Positions 29,809-40,943 of a stretch of DNA of 64,000 nt are shown one piece after another. Source of the DNA: a virus (taxonomy: Duplodnaviria; Caudoviricetes); the IMG/VR virus record IMGVR_UViG_3300031998_000005; one strand, given 5' to 3'. Made by a program: the position numbers and the translations under genes. Every line of letters starts with the position of its first letter. The stretch's first letter is position 1. A model generated the notes under the pieces. That model had not been told where the DNA came from. It searched no databases and saw only the letters and a list, made by a program, of their open reading frames with translations.

Positions 29809-30360
29809 TTGTCAGTTCCTTTTGTATGCGTTAAGAGTAAACGAGTCTTATGCCACACATTAACTTGTATGGACTCACCCGAACAGGGGTGCGATTCGTG
29901 TGCCGTGCCGTCCGCAGGGAGCGGGGGCGGGGGGATTTTCGTTCTATATAACACATTACCTTGTCACCTTTAATATAACAAATAAACCTCGCCTGCGTTA
30001 TACTAATTGATAGAATTGACATAGCGACTATATGAATTGATAGAATTGGCACACCCGTTCCTGGGCAGACCCCGCCACGTGGTCGGGCGTGTATGCCTGC
30101 ACACTTGGACACTAGGATAGTAGGGACGCTCGGACAGCCCGTGCGTGGGCGTATAGTGTGATAGAGCGTGTCCCGCCCGTGCGTAAGGGTAGGATATGGG
30201 GAAAGCACCCGTGTATGTGTGGGTGCTAGTGTAGGGTATATGTGCGTATGGGTGTGCGTAGTTGTGATACCGATAGTGGTGTGTGGTGTGGGAGATAGTA
30301 TGGGGGAAATAGTTGGGGATTGGGGGTTGATGGGTTTTGTTTTGGGCGGTCGGATTGTTC

Positions 30361-31352
30361 TCAAAAATTGTCTGCGGATTTGGGATTATTGCCTGTCCAA
30401 GTTTCGTAAGGTTCGGGGTTCTGCTCGTGCCTGTCCTTGCAAAAGTCGTGGTATTCGGCAAGCAGGGCGTTGTATGCGTTGGGGGCGTGTGTAGTGAGCC
30501 AGAACAGGAAATGGTCTTGCGGGTTGGATTTGCGGGCGATGTAGTTGGTGGGGTGTGCGTGGGTCAGCAGGGAGATTAGACGTTTGCGACGGGAGCGGTT
30601 GGAGTGGGAGACCTGTTTGAAGTTATTAACTAGGTCAAGAAAGTCCTTCGTGGGAACGGCTATGGCTACGGGGAGTCGGGGGCAGTTGTTTCGGACTTTG
30701 TATCGCTTGATGTATTCAAGCCAATCGTGTGCGGTTTTTAGGACCGTGTTGTGTTCGGGGTAGAGTAGTTCGGTAAGTTTGCTAGGCATAGGGGTGTGTT
30801 TCCTTTTGGTTTACTAGGGTTCGCCTAGAAAGGCGTATGCGGTAATCTTCCAGGGCGGGATAGGGCTGTCGGGGTCTTTGAGCAGACGGAAGGCTGTCTC
30901 GGAGTGGTCGTATCGGGCTTCGTGTATAGAGCCGTTGAGCAGGACGAGGTATCGCCCGCTACAACGGACGCTGAAATAGTCTATGGGTATAAGGGTAATG
31001 ACCTGGGTTCGGAAAGTAGCAGGGAGCGGGGATTGTATCATTTTGTTTACTTGGTAGGTGTGTGGTGGTTGCCTGCGATGGATTTCAGTGCTAGTTCGTG
31101 GAACTCAACTTCCGTGATGTAGGAGCATTTCCACCCCCTAGACGCTTTCAAGTTTCGGACGAGTTCGCAGGCGGTCGGCAGGGTAAAGATGCAGGGTTTG
31201 TGTCCGTGTGCGATTTCGGACAGACCCCCGTCCGTGGGTTGGACGAAAGTGGCGGGGCGTGGGGAGTCGCCCGCTAGGGGGACTACGACATACTTGAGGG
31301 CACTGGCGGTTTTGAGTGCCTGTTCGTGCAGGGTGTAGGGGTCTTGGGTCAT
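30361..31352 (-). CDS. three hypothetical proteins (30361-30789, 30814-31041, 31047-31352)
   Basis: Co-oriented ORFs. Confidence 0.65.
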
Positions 31353-31380
31353 AGGGTATATCCTCGGTTGATGGGGGTGG

Positions 31381-31944
31381 TTAAGGACAATCCTTTACGA
31401 GTCGGACAGGCAGATAAAGTGTCTTTGGAAGCCACATATCGTGGACCGTGCATACGTCGGCAGGCTTTCCGAATCCCCGACAGTAGGCATTGGGCGATGG
31501 AATATCCCCATTGTAGGGCTGACTATCCGTAGCAGACCAATAGGCTGTATTCCATCCGACCTCGCTCAACTTTTTGTCTTCGTCATAAAGACCAATCGGA
31601 TAGATTCCGAGAACCTTTTGGAGGTCGCACCCCGAATACAGCCGTAGCCCAGGGTCATTAAAATCCTGTGGCTGTCCTAGAAAGCGATTATGATACATAC
31701 TCTTGAACCCTACGGCTTCGCAAGCATCGTTCCATTCTTGAACAGATGGTAAATGCCATCCGTCCATCTTGGACACTACCCGCTGAACCGCATCCCAAGT
31801 ATAATAGGTTGTCCCGTTATTTAGAATGCCATCGCCACAGTCATCAAAGTCAAAGTCGTGCGAGAGCCAAAGGCTATCACCGATTTTTATTGTGGGCAGG
31901 CAACGTCCGAAAGTTTTAATTGTATCTTCGCTAACTGACTGCAT
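31381..31944 (-). CDS. Fibrobacter succinogenes major paralogous domain (FISUMP) protein
   Basis: TIKIG..WL..., YYTWDA, GWHLPS..EW, YWSAT, PVRLVKD signature. Confidence 0.75.
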   Translation of the reverse strand: MQSVSEDTIKTFGRCLPTIKIGDSLWLSHDFDFDDCGDGILNNGTTYYTWDAVQRVVSKMDGWHLPSVQEWNDACEAVGFKSMYHNRFLGQPQDFNDPGLRLYSGCDLQKVLGIYPIGLYDEDKKLSEVGWNTAYWSATDSQPYNGDIPSPNAYCRGFGKPADVCTVHDMWLPKTLYLPVRLVKDCP

Positions 31945-31987
31945 TTGTAAATTACCTCGGTTTAAGTTCGTGGTTGTCCTTGCTGTA

Positions 31988-32016
31988 AATATAACAGAAT
32001 ATCAAGTAATTGTCAA
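31988..32016 (-). promoter_or_regulatory. conserved phage early promoter
   Basis: TTGACA-17-TATATT on - strand. Confidence 0.85.
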
Positions 32017-32228
32017 TAGGTGTTTTTAAGATTTCTTGGGGCAGGGTGCGTGGTGGCTTGCCCTAGTCCTGGAATGTGTGTCCGCACTTGGGGCAAGTGT
32101 GTGTCGTGTGCGGGCTGTCGGGTTCGCCACCGCCTTTAAGGAATTTCCGCATATCCTTGAAGTCATCGGGAGTGAGTTCGTAGAACAACTGTCTGCGGGC
32201 ATAGGCGGTTTCCTGTTATGGAGGTGTG

Positions 32229-35200
32229 CTACTCTATCTGTTGGATGGAGAATTGCGGGGGTCTTATGGAGTTTCCGAAGTGGGTGCGAGTGGGTGCGTT
32301 TGCGGTAAGGTAGGCGACAATTTCATCCGCACGGGCTTTCGTGTAGGTTTCTGCACAGGAAGGGCTAGTTTTCCAAATGGTGATGCCGTTATAGAAGTCG
32401 TGCAGGTATTCGTGACCGTCTCGGCAGATTATGTATTTTTCGGGCATAGGTAATTTGTTTCCTTTGGGGAGGGGGTGTTTACTTTCGTTTGGTCGGGTAG
32501 GTCTTCCAATACTTTCTCTTGAAATCTTCGGGGAGTAGCCACGCAGCGTTCGTGATTAGCGGGGGCTGTTTCGGTATAAGGTCTTCAAAGTCCAACTTCC
32601 TGTGGTGCGGGAGCAGGATGGCTGTTCGGATTTCTCGGACAGGACGGAACAGGGCAAGGAAGCGTTCGCACCAATCTATGAGGGGGCGGTCGTTCTTGAA
32701 CTGTGCCAGGTCCATCGTGCGACGGAGCGTGTAGTAGTCCCGCTCGGCTTGCTTTGATATGAACAGGGGCATAGGTTTATTCCTCGGACATATAGGCGAT
32801 TAAGATGTCCGAAATGGTGGCAGGGGCTAGGGAGGCTTTGCCATCCATTGCAATTTCAACGATATGGAAATCATACAGGTCATCGGAGAACTTGGCGGGA
32901 GTCCCGCTCAATTCGCTAAATATCTCCAACCCCTCAATGGGGTGGCTGTGGACGGCTGCGACGTTGGCGAGGTTGATAACTCCGATGTCGGTATGGTCGG
33001 ATTTTTTAGTGATTTTGATTTTCATAGGTGTGTGTGTGTTTCCTTCTGCTAGGGTGCAGTTATATGTTCTTTTATGTTTTCGGGTAGAAAGTCGTTATAG
33101 AAATGTCGGACTTTGTATTCCCACAAGCGGGCGGTTTCCTTGGCACGTTCCAAGTCATATTTCATTCTGCGGATGACTTCGTTCTGTTCGTGGATGGTTT
33201 TGTCCTTACTTGCGATAAATCCGTTGGCTTCACGGGCAAGGATAAACGCTCCGAGGAACATACCCGCCAGGAAACAGAATGCGACATCGGCTGAAATGAC
33301 CCCAAGGACTGCAAGGATGGCGATGGGGAGCATATAGAGGATAAGTTTACTCGTCATAGGGGTGGTTTCCTTTTGGTTATTATTAACCATTTACAAGGTC
33401 TATGAGTTTCTTCCCGATGTCAGCCTGTGTAGGCTTGACAGGGACGAACCCTTTTCCGTTATAGACCGAATAAGTAGGTCCGAGCATACTACGGGTAATT
33501 TTCGTGTATCTGTTCCAATCGGTATTTTTGTCTTTCATAAGGGTGTATTTCCTTTATTGTTAGGGTTGCAGGAAATTGAGCGGGGTCGCTTCGGCTAATC
33601 GCAGGCAGTCGGTCACATAGTAGAAGACATCCTTGGCTTGCTTGGTTTCGGTCAAGTGGGCAGGGTCAGTGCCAATGCGGACGATGTGCTTGGCGTTGAT
33701 GTCTAGGCTGCCAAGAATGTCGGAACGGAGGGAGAGAGTGCAGACCTGGAATCGGGAGTCTTCGGGGACGGTTATCTTTATGTGGACATAAGAGCCAACG
33801 ACGGTTGAGCCATCGGCTAGGTCGGCAATAAATCGGAGATTGTTAAGCATAGGGGTGTGTTCCTTTTACTGACGGGTAATCTTGTATTCGGGGTGGACAA
33901 AGCCATCTGCGTCCACGTGGTAGAGCGTTAGGGTCTGTCCATCTTCTAGGGTCTTCATCGCCTCGTAGAGTTTAGCCATAGCCCGTTCACGGGAGTCTGC
34001 GAGTTCCCTGCTCTTGAAATAGGGCGGGGTGTCGGTAGTGATTTGCCAATAGGGTTCTGCCATAGGTTGTTTCCTTTTGATTATTCAATTTCCCTGTTTT
34101 CGGTTTTAATGTAATCCTTGATTTTCTTATCCAGGACAATACGCCTATTCCCCTTTACATTTCTTTGCCTGTCGTGTTTGGGGTTGCATTTTCCGTGATT
34201 GGAATATCCTCGGTATCTGCGATACTTTTGGAACTCCACATAATCCGTTGGATAGGCAATGCCCTCTATCTCCATAATGGCGGTCTGTTTAGCCGAAGTG
34301 TTTTCAGTATGTAGAACTTTTCGGATAAGGCGACGTGCCCTGCCGTATGCGTGTTCCCTGCGGTCTTTGCGAGTATTCTTCATAGTAGTCAGCCCCTTTG
34401 GTTCTCTATACTAAATCCCTTTGGTTCAAACTTATACCCGAAAGCCTTGCCATCGTTAGGACATCCGCATTCACCCCCCATATAGGCAAGGCGTTCCTTT
34501 ATCGTAGAAGGAAGGTCTTTCGCTACGAGGTCCGTAAGTTCTTTTTCGGAAAGACCGAAACTGCTGTATGCACGGATGTCCAAGGTGATGACCAACTTTT
34601 TCTTAAAGTCAATTTCATTTTTCATTTTAACTCCTTGGTTATTATTAACCATTGTGGTGGGGGGTTAAAGAACCTCGCCTGGGATGTCATCATACAGGTG
34701 TTCCCGCTTTCGCATCGCCCACCAATCCGAAATCTTGCGTTTGTCTGCAAGGGTCTTGTGGACTGCGTGGATAACAGCCTTTGCACATCGGGGGCAAAGG
34801 TCTTGGGTGTTTACCCCGCCTGTGGGGGATTCCATCGTATAGACGTAGGTGGTTTCTTCGTCAATTTCTTTCTTGCAGTTTTCGCAAATGGGCATAGGGT
34901 GTGTCCTTTATGGTTATTATGAACCATCAGTGGTGGGTTTAACGGGTTCGGGTAATGCAGTGCAATTTCTTATCCCTTCCGATAAAGTAGGCGTGGTTAT
35001 TACGCCAAATAAGCGAAGATGCTTTCTGCGTTATGATTTTGGATATGCCAAGCAGTTCCCCATTTTCCTTGCAGAACTCATACACAAAACGCATACGACC
35101 CTTCTTGTCGGGAGTGTCGTCCAAGTATATCCGCTGAATCACACAGCCTTGGGCTTTTGCTTCTTTGAGCGTGGAGATTTTTTGAAATCTGCGTATCATC

Positions 35201-36443
35201 GGAGTTCTCCTAGTAGAAAGTAAGAATGTTCCCATAGACAGGAACGGGGTGTTCGGGGCCATTACATCTGCGGATGACACCCCTGTATTTTTCCTTATGG
35301 GCAGGGTTGTCCTTGTTCGGCATAATGTCAATGATATATCGGTTGCCGTTGTAGAACAGCGTGTGCGGGTGGCAGATGGTCTTGATGTCCGTGAAGACAG
35401 GAACATCAAACGGAATCTTGGTGCCATTCTTCAGCACCACTTCGGCAGTGACTTTCTCGTAGCGTTCTTCGTAGTCAAACAGGTAGCAGGACACAGAAAT
35501 TATCGCAAAGGAGGCGACCTTATCCCTAGTGAGAATGTCGGCTTCGGGCAGGATTCTGCCATCGGACCGCACAGACTTGATTTCATCGGCATACGCCCAT
35601 TCGTCATATTTATTGCACTTCATAAGTGCCTGTGGAACGTCCTCTGCGTGAATAATGTCCTTGGGTGCAAAGAAAGTATTAGCCCCGTAAAGTTTGACCA
35701 CAATATCCTTGTTGGGGCAGGGCTTTTCGTCCGCAAAGATATGCCACGGAATAGAAAGGGTTTCGGTGTATCGCATAAGAGGATTTCCCTAATCAGTTAA
35801 GTATCATCTGCGTTATCCATAAAGACCTGTAATAATTAGCCCAAAAATCGGGGCTGTCTTTTGGAGAGTCCGACACGGGCTGTTCCACTGCGGGAGCATC
35901 CGTAGAAATGCCGTCTTTTCGGCATTCATCGGATTTGATTATGACCATCGTAAGCAAGATTCCAAGTCCAAATGCAAACACTAGCACGATAACGAGTGCG
36001 AGCGTCCGTATCTGTGAATGGTCATCAAGCCCGTAGCGTTTCAGTGTGTTGTCACTTTCTTGGGCTAGAATAATTCCATAGTTCATAATAACCTCTGCCG
36101 TTAATGGTTAAAAGTTGCGGAAATACAGATAGAACTTTTCGTCCTTGCCGTCAAAGGTCAAGACGAACTCCTTGTCTTCGTCCCGCAGGAGCATAAGACG
36201 GATGGAGTAGAACAGGTCTGCCACCTTTTCCCAAGTGTCGCAGACAAGGATTTCGTGGGGGTTGGCGTAGTAGCCGTCAATGCAGACCTTGGTCGGTTCA
36301 AGGCTACGGATGGCGGCACGGAGTTCCGAAAGCACGATGTCCTTCCAGGATTTCGTGGGGTCGGCTACGAACTGAAATTGGAGCGGGCTACGGGTGTCGG
36401 TGTTTGCCCAAACGCCTGTAATCATCTTGACTTGAACGTGCAT
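32229..36443 (-). CDS. run of small hypothetical proteins (32229-32447, 32479-32772, 32777-33025, 33049-33357, 33560-33850, 33866-34063, 34081-34383, 34389-34625, 34665-34895, 34939-35199, 35210-35776, 35793-36086, 36108-36443)
   Basis: Co-oriented ORFs with RBSs. Confidence 0.65.
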
Positions 36444-36484
36444 AGTATTATCCTCGGTTAAGGGTTGTGGTTGTCTTTACCCTA

Positions 36485-36513
36485 AATATAATAAAATATC
36501 AAGTATCTGTCAA
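36485..36513 (-). promoter_or_regulatory. conserved phage early promoter
   Basis: TTGACA-17-TATATT. Confidence 0.85.
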
Positions 36514-36532
36514 TAGGAATTTTTAACAATTT

Positions 36533-37361
36533 CTATCCAGGTATAGCCAATTCATCGTAGAGGTCTGCGGGAGATACACGGAATATCCAACGGCACGATG
36601 CCAACATCCACGAACGCTGACAATCGTTCGTGCAGGCTTCATAGGCTGCTACCGCTCTATCCAATGCCTGTTCTTCAAACGGATAGTCCCGCACGGCATC
36701 CAAATACACTAATAGTGCCTGCCTTTCGTCCTCGTTTGTAAAAATGGTAGAAAGGTCATTTTTCGGAGTAGACGTAGGCTGCGGTTTGTCTTTGTGATAG
36801 TGGAACACCAATCCCGATGTCCACACGGAAAGGGTATGGGTATTAACCCACTTGATAATAAAGTCGCTCCATTTGGAATTTCTGCGAGAGTCCTCGGAGT
36901 AGTAAACCCTGTATGCGTGGACATACTTGAAATAGTTTAGGTAAGAGTCCCGTCGGAGTTCGTCCGCACGGAAGAAACCCTTGACTGACTGCTTGAATGC
37001 GTCCTTGTAAAGCATCCAAAAGAAGCGTTCGTAAGTCTTTACATCGTAAGTTAGCATAGTCGCTCTCCCGTTTGATTTATTCCGTGATTGTAATACGCTG
37101 TATCGTTTCGTAGCCTTCAATGACACAGGTTTCAAACTTGACCACGAACCCGATGCTATTCAGCAGTGCAACACGATTATCCATCAGTTTACGGATTTCA
37201 CCACGACGATGGTTGTGCAGTTCCACTTCTGCCTGCGAGTGGGCATTCTTGCAGAACTGCTCACACGCCAATTCGCTCATATAGTCGTGACGGAATTTTT
37301 CAAGTTCATTCACGACATTAAGAATTTCAAGGACGTTCTTGCGGGTAAATGTGCGTTCCAT
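36533..37361 (-). CDS. two hypothetical proteins (36533-37057, 37077-37361)
   Basis: Downstream of promoter 37403-37431. Confidence 0.7.
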
Positions 37362-37402
37362 AACGGTGCCCCCGGTTAAGGATTGTGGTTGTCTTTACCC
37401 TA

Positions 37403-37431
37403 AATATAACAAAATACCTTGCAGTTGTCAA
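37403..37431 (-). promoter_or_regulatory. conserved phage early promoter
   Basis: TTGACA-17-TATATT. Confidence 0.85.
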
Positions 37432-37455
37432 TAGGTATTTTTAATTTTCTACGGG

Positions 37456-37494
37456 AAAATAAAAAGCCCCTGCCGTGTGTTAAGCGACAGGGGC
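37456..37494 (-). terminator. intrinsic terminator
   Basis: GCCCCTG..CAGGGGC stem plus U-tract on - strand. Confidence 0.7.
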
Positions 37495-37655
37495 GAGGTG
37501 ACATAGGTAATGGGTCATACGGAATGCTCTACCAGGACTAGGACACACAGGCTAGGGCGGGTAAAACATAACCGCAGAACCAAATCTATGACTAAATATA
37601 ACAAAAATTGTTGGGAAGCGGTATATAACCAGTGAAAAAGTTTATCGGGTATAAC

Positions 37656-37680
37656 AAAAGCCCCGACGGTGCGGGGGCTT
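37656..37680 (-). terminator. intrinsic terminator
   Basis: AAGCCCC..GGGGCTT plus TTTTGTT on - strand. Confidence 0.75.
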
Positions 37681-37737
37681 ATGATACAGGGTTTATAAAC
37701 TAACTACAATCCCAAGTCTGCCTTGGCGGTATTTTGT

Positions 37738-38787
37738 TTAATACATATCGTTTTCGGAGAACTCGTTTACATCGGCTTCCATAGTATTGTAATTTACATC
37801 TATGTCCACCCAACTGCGGTCGCAATACTCACGGAATTTCTCGTAGGACACTTCCCTACGAGTAGCACCCTTATATGCGAAACCATAACGATAATAGTAT
37901 TTCATACCTGTGCCCTCAGTGCCTTCTACCACTTTGAGCATATCTTCTTTGTCCTTGACATTCTTGTTGTTCTTGGAACTATAGAACGAATAGGAATATA
38001 TCTTGGACTCAAAGTCTTTAATTTTTGCATAAGCCTTTGTAATGTCGGCAATATGCTCGTCCACATACGAGTAGTAAGACTTGTCAGCGGGCCAATCCCA
38101 TCTTATGTGACCATTTTCACTTTGGGTATTCGGAGCATCGGGATTATTTAACGTGACAAATGCAAAGTCACCATCTTTAGATATAGCCAACAGATAATAC
38201 TTTCGCTTTAACGGCTTAACGTATGCCCATTGCCAATCGCTTCCAGATTCCCAAGAAACATTACCAAGGTCAGTTTTATCTACTGCGGAATACAGATAGT
38301 TCAAGGCATCTACACAGACTTCGTAATTTTTCTTGGAAGATGATATAATGTCCTTTATAATTTTAGGAACACGGGAATCAAGTTCCGGGGGTGGCGGTAG
38401 CAGTTTCTCGCCATCGGGGGTCAATGTAAACACATTAGACCTTCCCTGTTTCTCTACGAGCATATAGCCATTTGCTACAAGTTCTTTCAATATCTTTCCC
38501 GTAATTTTAATAGGTGTCCCGATACTATCACTGATTTCTCTTGTATCGGGCTTGCTCCAACTTTTGCCTATACTCAACTTATGACAGGCGGTTATAGCAT
38601 CCATATACTTTTTATCGGAAACATTTAATTTCGGTTCATCTTTAAGCAACTCGTCAGCCTTGTCTGCCTGTTTCTGTGGAGAACCCGCAGCAACAATTTC
38701 ATCCAATTCTGCGTCAAGTGCGTCCATATAAGCGTCAGCCTCGTCCAAACGAGATTCGTGAACTTTGATTTTGAGATTGTTAGACAT
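37738..38787 (-). CDS. MSNNLKIKVHE-tagged protein with winged-HTH-like segment
   Basis: TREISDSIG..ILKELVANGYMLVEKQGRSNVFTLTPDG. Confidence 0.75.
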   Translation of the reverse strand: MSNNLKIKVHESRLDEADAYMDALDAELDEIVAAGSPQKQADKADELLKDEPKLNVSDKKYMDAITACHKLSIGKSWSKPDTREISDSIGTPIKITGKILKELVANGYMLVEKQGRSNVFTLTPDGEKLLPPPPELDSRVPKIIKDIISSSKKNYEVCVDALNYLYSAVDKTDLGNVSWESGSDWQWAYVKPLKRKYYLLAISKDGDFAFVTLNNPDAPNTQSENGHIRWDWPADKSYYSYVDEHIADITKAYAKIKDFESKIYSYSFYSSKNNKNVKDKEDMLKVVEGTEGTGMKYYYRYGFAYKGATRREVSYEKFREYCDRSWVDIDVNYNTMEADVNEFSENDMY

Positions 38788-38807
38788 AGTTTAATCGTTC
38801 CTTTGGT

Positions 38808-39482
38808 TTAGGTGTAAGCCGTAATAACATCTTCGCCTTCCGCAGATTTCACACGTTCAACGGAACGAGTAGAACGGAGAGCGTCCAAGCACATCAGCAA
38901 AAAATCTTCACGAGAGCCTATCATCGTTTCAGCGTCTTCGGCAGTCAAGGGAATTTCATCGGGAGTAGCCCTGTATGTCGGGTTCTTGGGAAAGAATGTG
39001 TCCTTGAACTTTAACTTGGGAAACTCACGTGCAAAGGCATTAAGTTGGGCGTTATTGATGGTGTGACCCTGCAAGAACTTGCGGTCATCCGCATCTAGGA
39101 GGTAGGACTTTTCGTTCTTCTTGGAGCGAGATTCCTGCTTGTCGGATGCAGCAGGCGTGAGATTAAGCGTCTTCATAATCTTGGAGGCAATCACTTTAGG
39201 ATTCCATCCCTTTGACCGCAGGCTATATACGTTGTCCAAGCCGAACTCTAGCATCCGCTGGAAACATTCTTCCACGTCATCGGAAAGATTGCAGTCATAT
39301 GAAAGAGCGAACAGCATTTCACGTATTACGCCATTAGCGATAGCGGGTATAGTCTTCCCTGCAAACACGGGGTTGGTCCGTTCTAGTTTCTGCAAAGCCT
39401 GTTTGCCTACGGATGTGACCCCGATGAACGCCCTACCGCTCTCGGCATCTTCGTGGAGTTTGATTTTGAGATTGTTAGACAT
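38808..39482 (-). CDS. MSNNLKIKLHE-tagged hypothetical protein
   Basis: Shared N-terminal tag. Confidence 0.75.
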   Translation of the reverse strand: MSNNLKIKLHEDAESGRAFIGVTSVGKQALQKLERTNPVFAGKTIPAIANGVIREMLFALSYDCNLSDDVEECFQRMLEFGLDNVYSLRSKGWNPKVIASKIMKTLNLTPAASDKQESRSKKNEKSYLLDADDRKFLQGHTINNAQLNAFAREFPKLKFKDTFFPKNPTYRATPDEIPLTAEDAETMIGSREDFLLMCLDALRSTRSVERVKSAEGEDVITAYT

Positions 39483-39509
39483 AGGTCGGTTGTTCTTTTG
39501 GTTCAAGTT

Positions 39510-39869
39510 TTACATCGGGAACGGAGTGCTTGCCAAGTCAATATAGAACTCGTAATTTCTGTATCGCATATCTTTGGCTCGTTGCAGACCTAGTTCCAAT
39601 GCTTCGGGATAAGTCAAGTTAATCGGGCGGGAATACTTGTCATCCAGGACATTATAGTAGCGGAACGATACACGTTCATCTTTCCTATCCCCGAACGAAA
39701 GGTCATATTCCGATGCAGGGAAAATGTCCTTGGACACGTAAATGGGCAGCGTTGCATTATAAATATCAACGTAGCCCTTCGGAGCAGGACGGGTTTTATG
39801 ATTAAGCGGGTCTTCGGATGGATGTGGTGTTCGTCTTTCGTGAACACGTATTTTGAGATTGTTCGCCAT
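39510..39869 (-). CDS. MANNLKIRVHE-tagged hypothetical protein
   Basis: Shared N-terminal tag. Confidence 0.75.
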   Translation of the reverse strand: MANNLKIRVHERRTPHPSEDPLNHKTRPAPKGYVDIYNATLPIYVSKDIFPASEYDLSFGDRKDERVSFRYYNVLDDKYSRPINLTYPEALELGLQRAKDMRYRNYEFYIDLASTPFPM

Positions 39870-39883
39870 AGCCTTACCTGTTA

Positions 39884-40297
39884 TTAAAGAGTCGGGTTGT
39901 TGAGTATTCTACGGGTGGCATAATAGAGCGACTTACCTACATCAGCGGTATCATCAAATATATCCGTTTGGAAGAAATGGTTGATGTCGCCATACATAAA
40001 GTCCTGGTCGGGAGCATAACGGATGTCATAGCAACCTTCAATATCCCCATCGTAAACAACGACAACCAAGATTGTGTCCTCGTTCTCGTCACAGACATAG
40101 AACCCATACACTTGCTTGCCACCCATAAACTTGCTGAAATCTTCAAGACTGAAACCACGCTTGGTAGCGATAGGTTCAAATTCTTTCATCAGTCTATCAC
40201 GGAACTCCCGCTTGTTGCGGTTCATTTCAATCCGTCTATCTTCGGCAACCTTGGCAAGACTTTCCTTTTTCTTCTGCATAGAGCAAACGAAACTCAT
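39884..40297 (-). CDS. CSMQKKKESL-tagged hypothetical protein
   Basis: Shared N-terminal tag. Confidence 0.75.
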   Translation of the reverse strand: MSFVCSMQKKKESLAKVAEDRRIEMNRNKREFRDRLMKEFEPIATKRGFSLEDFSKFMGGKQVYGFYVCDENEDTILVVVVYDGDIEGCYDIRYAPDQDFMYGDINHFFQTDIFDDTADVGKSLYYATRRILNNPTL

Positions 40298-40340
40298 AAT
40301 TAAAATTCCTTGGATTATTCTATTGGAAATATAAATAATT

Positions 40341-40559
40341 TTAGACGGCTACGTTGAGTTCTTCATCGGTCATCTTGACCCATTCCTTGTAAGGTCCAAG
40401 GATAGAACACTTCTGCACGGACTTTTCCACCTTGACGAGCGAACTACCAAGGCTCTTGATGGTCTTGAACAGATGTTCCTTGTCGGAGGCATAGCGGTAG
40501 CCCTTGCCCATAACGTAGTCGGTATCGGTGGTAGTGATACGGAAATTTCTTGTTGCCAT
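40341..40559 (-). CDS. hypothetical protein
   Basis: AACCGAGG leader. Confidence 0.65.
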   Translation of the reverse strand: MATRNFRITTTDTDYVMGKGYRYASDKEHLFKTIKSLGSSLVKVEKSVQKCSILGPYKEWVKMTDEELNVAV

Positions 40560-40595
40560 AGCGGTAATCCTCGGTTTGTGGTTATCTATAACCAT

Positions 40596-40624
40596 AATAT
40601 AGTAAAATGCTACCCGCCTGTCAA
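40596..40624 (-). promoter_or_regulatory. phage early promoter
   Basis: TTGACA-17-TATATT. Confidence 0.75.
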
Positions 40625-40643
40625 TAGGTATTCTTAATAAAAA

Positions 40644-40874
40644 TCACTTTTTCTGCTTGATGGACAGATTGTTGGCGGGTATGTCCAAAATCCCGTATTG
40701 AAGATACACACGGATGAACCTTGCCCCCGTATAGTCGGTCTTCCACTCCCACGATTTAGCATCGGGCGTAGTTATTAGGAAACAGGACTCGTTGGCGTTG
40801 CAGGCTTCAAAGACGAACGGCTTGGCTAGGGCTATGACAGGGAGCAACAGGACAAACAGAAATTTCATAAGCAA
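40644..40874 (-). CDS. small secreted protein
   Basis: Signal peptide MKFLFVLLLPVIALA. Confidence 0.6.
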   Translation of the reverse strand: MLMKFLFVLLLPVIALAKPFVFEACNANESCFLITTPDAKSWEWKTDYTGARFIRVYLQYGILDIPANNLSIKQKK

Positions 40875-40905
40875 TCCCCCTTGGGTTGTTTACTGACAAT
40901 ATAGG

Positions 40906-40932
40906 AAAAGCACCCGTGGCATTCGGGTGCTT
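40906..40932 (-). terminator. intrinsic terminator
   Basis: AAGCACCCG..CGGGTGCTT plus U-tract. Confidence 0.7.
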
Positions 40933-40943
40933 GGAGATAAGGA

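Noticed and set aside
29831-30579. ORFs in the GT-rich tract (29831-30364, 30003-30461, 30168-30494)
   Set aside because: Low-complexity translations produced by compositional skew; no RBS.
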